64,000 nt of DNA, from NCBI GenBank assembly GCA_964057225.1, contig OZ059896.1:9796001-9860000 (forward strand). Direction: 5' to 3'. This DNA is from Auanema rhodensis (taxonomy: Eukaryota > Animalia > Nematoda). The notes below the pieces were generated by a model. It had not been told where the DNA came from. It saw only the letters and a list, made by a program, of their open reading frames with translations, and did not search any database. Every line of letters starts with the position of its first letter. Position 1 is the first letter of the stretch. Shown piece by piece: positions 59,830 to 64,000 of this stretch. A program made the translations under genes and the position numbers.

Positions 59830-62800
59830 ACCCTGGCTAAACCGCTTTTCACCTGAAAACACAAAAAAAATTAAAATAGAAGCATGAAATATATTGAAAT
59901 TTATGTAGTAAATATTAATGTGTCTAGACTAGTACCTTCGCATTCCTCAAAAAACCAGGCGCGCTTCGCAATTTCGAGAACCCGATACGAGACCCTGAAT
60001 GCTGAAAAATATAAATTTTCTGTTTTTTTCATTCATCAGACCAGTAATAGAGAAAAGACGCTAAAAAAGAAGAAAAAAAGGAATCATGAAATAGAAGATG
60101 AGAAAAGAGGCCTCAAGGGAATTTTATTAATAATAGATAATTCGAGTTTGCGGAAATGTATTTCTTTCCCGTCGTCTTTTTCACTATATTCAGAGGGTTA
60201 TGAAGGCAGTGAAAACGGGAGGAAAAGCTGACACCAGGAGGAGGGAATATATGCAAGCAATAGTGTGAGAGTGCGAGAACCAAAAAGAGAGAAAGTGGGA
60301 TGGCAGAAAGAGAGAATTGATATAAATGCAGAGAAAAAAGCTTACATATGAATATAAAAAGTGATGTTCCAATGACAGTATTATAGAAAAAAAGACTGCT
60401 GTTTTCTTTTCATTTTTTATATAAAAAATGCTATATGAACGAAGAAATTAAGCATATACGAGGTTTCGTTGAATATAAGAGCTTTTCTTATTATAATATT
60501 ATACTATTATTTCAATCAAAATAAAGAAATATTAATATGACTAGTCATTTGACGAAATAGCTCTAGAAATACAACAAATTGAATGGAATTCAGAATATTT
60601 ATACAAATGAATGAATGAGTAACTTATAGAAATAGATTAAACAAAGATTTTTTAAAAAAAATGATATCATTTGAAATTATTGAAATCTTAAATTATTGAA
60701 ATAACTCCCTTCCATTATAATAAATTACTAAAATTTCATTATATTTACTAAAGAAGAACTATTAATTTCCAGAAAAGTCAAGTAAATAGAAAGCATTTAT
60801 GATGAAAAAAAAAGTTCACTTAGCTATACAGTATATGAAGTAGTTAAGATACTTTGTAAAACTAAAATTTAGCAATTAAATCAGCTGAATCAAACAATAA
60901 AAGGAATGAAATTGTTTGTTTTTCTTTTTTTCAAAGCAAATAAGAAAAGAAACTCTAAAAACTACTTTTTTTTTATTTTTGTTCGATTTAACTGATGAAA
61001 TCGTTCTGGTCCATTTTTTGTGTGCCTTCTTCAATATGTCAATACAAGGAGAGCTCGGCTCACTGGCGCTATTCATTAAGAAAATGAAAAAGGAGAAGAG
61101 AAGGGGTGGGCTTAGTGAATATGAATACAGCCTACAACCCTCGTTTTTCTCTCATATGCCGCTCTTTTCTTCCATTTTTTCTCGTTCTATATCTCTCTTT
61201 CCCTCTCAATCTCTTCAGTTCTCTTACTTCTCTATCTATAAATAAATATAAATATATATATTTATTTCAAAATATATGTATATATAATCTATATTAGAAT
61301 TCAAGAAAATGAGTTCTTCCAATCGTTTCTTCACGTTTTTCTATTTTATTACACTTTCACATTATCCTCTTGATGGTAACTGGCTTTTGCCTCATTCAAA
61401 TACATTACTCATCTGCTCCATCTTCCTATCCAGAGCTTCAGCAAATTCTACCTCTCACGAAATATGCTTTCCGCTTTCACTATGAAAGTCAGAGAGCATT
61501 TAATGGCAATGAAGTATATTGGATGAAAATTAGAGTGTGAGAGAGAGAGGGGAAGAGGAAATAGGGGGGAGTACGAGAATTTGGAAGAAAAAGACAATGA
61601 TGCAAAAGAGTAATAGAGGGAATGGAGAAGAACAAGAGTATAGAATTAGAAACTATAAGTGAAATTGCAGTATTTTAGCAAAGAAAAGGTAAAAATTGTA
61701 AAAACGAAAGAAAGAGAGTAATATGAAAAAAAAAAGTAAGAGAAACATGCGGAAGACAGAAGGACGCAGAAGCAAGAACAGAGATCTCAATTCCCACTTC
61801 GTCTCTATGGCTCCATATGGAGCAGTGTGGGCTGAGAAAAGAATGGATTAATCAATAAATTGCTTCTACTTTATCTCTTATATTATAATATATATATATA
61901 ACTATACATATATGTTTATATATATGTATGTTTTGTATATATGAATTACTTCATCTATCATAATATCATATAGAAATGTATTTTGGTTTAATAACCGTAT
62001 AAAAAAATAGTAAAAAAAATATATATAACAATCAATATACCCAAAAAAAACTGGAAACTTTTATTGGGAAATAAATAAAATCATTTTGTTTTTCTATACA
62101 TGTTAATATTTATGAATATTTGTTAAGAGAAAATCGAGAGCAATACCTTGTCATTTCTGACACTACGCTTTCGAACATGTCATTCTGATGAAAATCTCAA
62201 GTTACAATTATGTTATTACCAGTCTCCCTCCCTCCCTTTTTTGTTCTTTCTTTCTCTCCTATTATATACTCACATATATTATTTTTCTTTGTTCTCTTGC
62301 TCATATACTCTATTTCGTTTTCATACGTTTTTGATTACAAGAATTTTCCCCTAATTTTCGATTATAGTTAGTTTTAGAATAAAAGAGATAGTGTGGCCAA
62401 ATAAAATAAATGCCATTTCAAATAAAGTTTTTGAATAATCTTGAACACACAAGCAGACTCTCTGTGACAGGGCAAGTGAAAAATGATGAAACATGGTCAG
62501 AAGCTCTCAATCTTGCTTTGAACTGACATAGAGCGCATCTGGCTAAACTTGGCTTTTGGAACAACCACATTATAAAAAAGAATAAGATATATGGAAGGGT
62601 TGCTGGGTAGAGGAACAGAATACAGCATACCCAATGAGGACCCTGATCTATATAAATGACAATAGCTTGAAAATAAAATTTCCCGAGAAGAAAAAAAAAT
62701 GAAAGCTCAAACTGAAATGACAAAATAAAGCAAATTGGGGATACGAATAATTGACTGAATAAGAAGTCTGCTAGTAAATCAATCAACTGTGTATAAAAAC

Positions 62801-63470
62801 AAGCGTAATGAGTGGATTTGCTGTTAAAATTCAAGAGCTAAGTCAATAAGATGCACGGCGAAAAATGAAAGGAGCTATTTGGAATGAAAACTACATCTTC
62901 ATCATTATTATCAAGAGTATAAAATTATAAATTTAAATAAAAATGTTTTATAATCAATCTATTGATTGAAAATAATATTTTTTATCGATTTTTATAACAA
63001 AATGAAAGGTGGTACCACACAAAAAACGAAAAGAAAGGGAAGAAATCGAATGTGATTGACGGAGGCGAGCATGAAGAAAAGGAAGCGAATACTGAGCAGA
63101 ACGAGTCAAGCAGTGCTAAAGAAGGCAAAACAAAATCGAGCTCATTAAGTTCAGATATCTGATGTAAATTACTAGAATAGCAATGTAACTTCTTTTCAAG
63201 GTTTGCATGTTCAGTATAAAAAACATTTGAAAGAAACTGTGCTTGAATGCTATTTCTTCTTTAAAAAAAAAGAATTGCTTGGATATTGACTAAGAAAAGC
63301 TATTCGAAGAAAGCGAAAAGCTGAAGCTATGCTGTAATGACCATAGACATTAGAGGGATAGGCTGAAAGGCGTTGTCCAGGCAACGAGTAAACTGGCATC
63401 CTCCTTATTTATGAAATAACTCTCAAAACATAAATATCTTGAAAATGAGTTGAATATTACTATTATGCGA

Positions 63471-63473
63471 ATA

Positions 63474-63512
<39 letters not shown>
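63471..63512. repeat. (AT)n microsatellite
   Basis: About 20 AT units with one interruption. Confidence 0.9.
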
Positions 63513-63515
<3 letters not shown>

Positions 63516-64000
63516 AAGTTGAATGTTTAAATGTAAAGTTACTATATCTCAATTATTATAATTAAAAAATAACAAATATTGAAATACCCAGGTGACAATC
63601 ATCAGTGAACGTTTGTCCATATGTGTATATTTCACACCTGAAATAATAAAATATTAGATTTTATACTTTAATGTATATTTGAGAAATATTCAAGAAAACA
63701 GCCAATTAAAACTTTCCATACAAGAAAAATATTTGTAAAGTATGCAGATGAAAAAAATAATTACAACAAAACAGTTAAGCCATCATTCCATTTCTGTAAC
63801 AATCGACACAATCTGTCAGATGAGAGTAGAAGATTCAAACAATTATGAACAATCTTTCCCACGGACTGAGCGATCAATGGCAAATATCAAGGAAGCTTGA
63901 GATGAAAAGTGCACTGTACGAAGAGAGAGAGAGAGAGAAAGATCAGGTTAAGCTTTCACTCAAGATCATATCAGCTGGATAATTATGAAGAAACTCAACA

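Overview
AT-rich, intron-dense eukaryotic DNA from a rhabditid (clade V-like) nematode, with many introns of about 42-60 nt and TTTCAG/TTTAG acceptors. The unspliced ORF track is mostly exon fragments or noise, so I assembled the genes by hand from splice sites and reading frame. Left to right: lst-4 (SNX9/18/33-type SH3-PX-BAR sorting nexin, +); an elongator tRNA-Met(CAT) (+); a very large secreted protein of about 24 atypical CCP/Sushi-like modules in an (A-B-C)x8 arrangement (-); an SLC5 sodium:solute symporter (-); deb-1 vinculin (+); an SXP/RAL-2 (DUF148) secreted protein (-); and unc-43 CaMKII (-, over 20 kb, 5' end probably beyond the window). The most notable features are (1) the giant all-CCP protein, (2) a battery of alternative first exons inside unc-43 introns that would make kinase-less, hub-only subunits, one with a hydrophobic membrane anchor resembling alphaKAP, and (3) alternative first, cassette and terminal exons in vinculin and lst-4. 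No CRISPR array, rRNA or intact transposon was seen. All isoform calls are sequence predictions without RNA evidence, and homology statements come from recalled protein sequences, not from searches.
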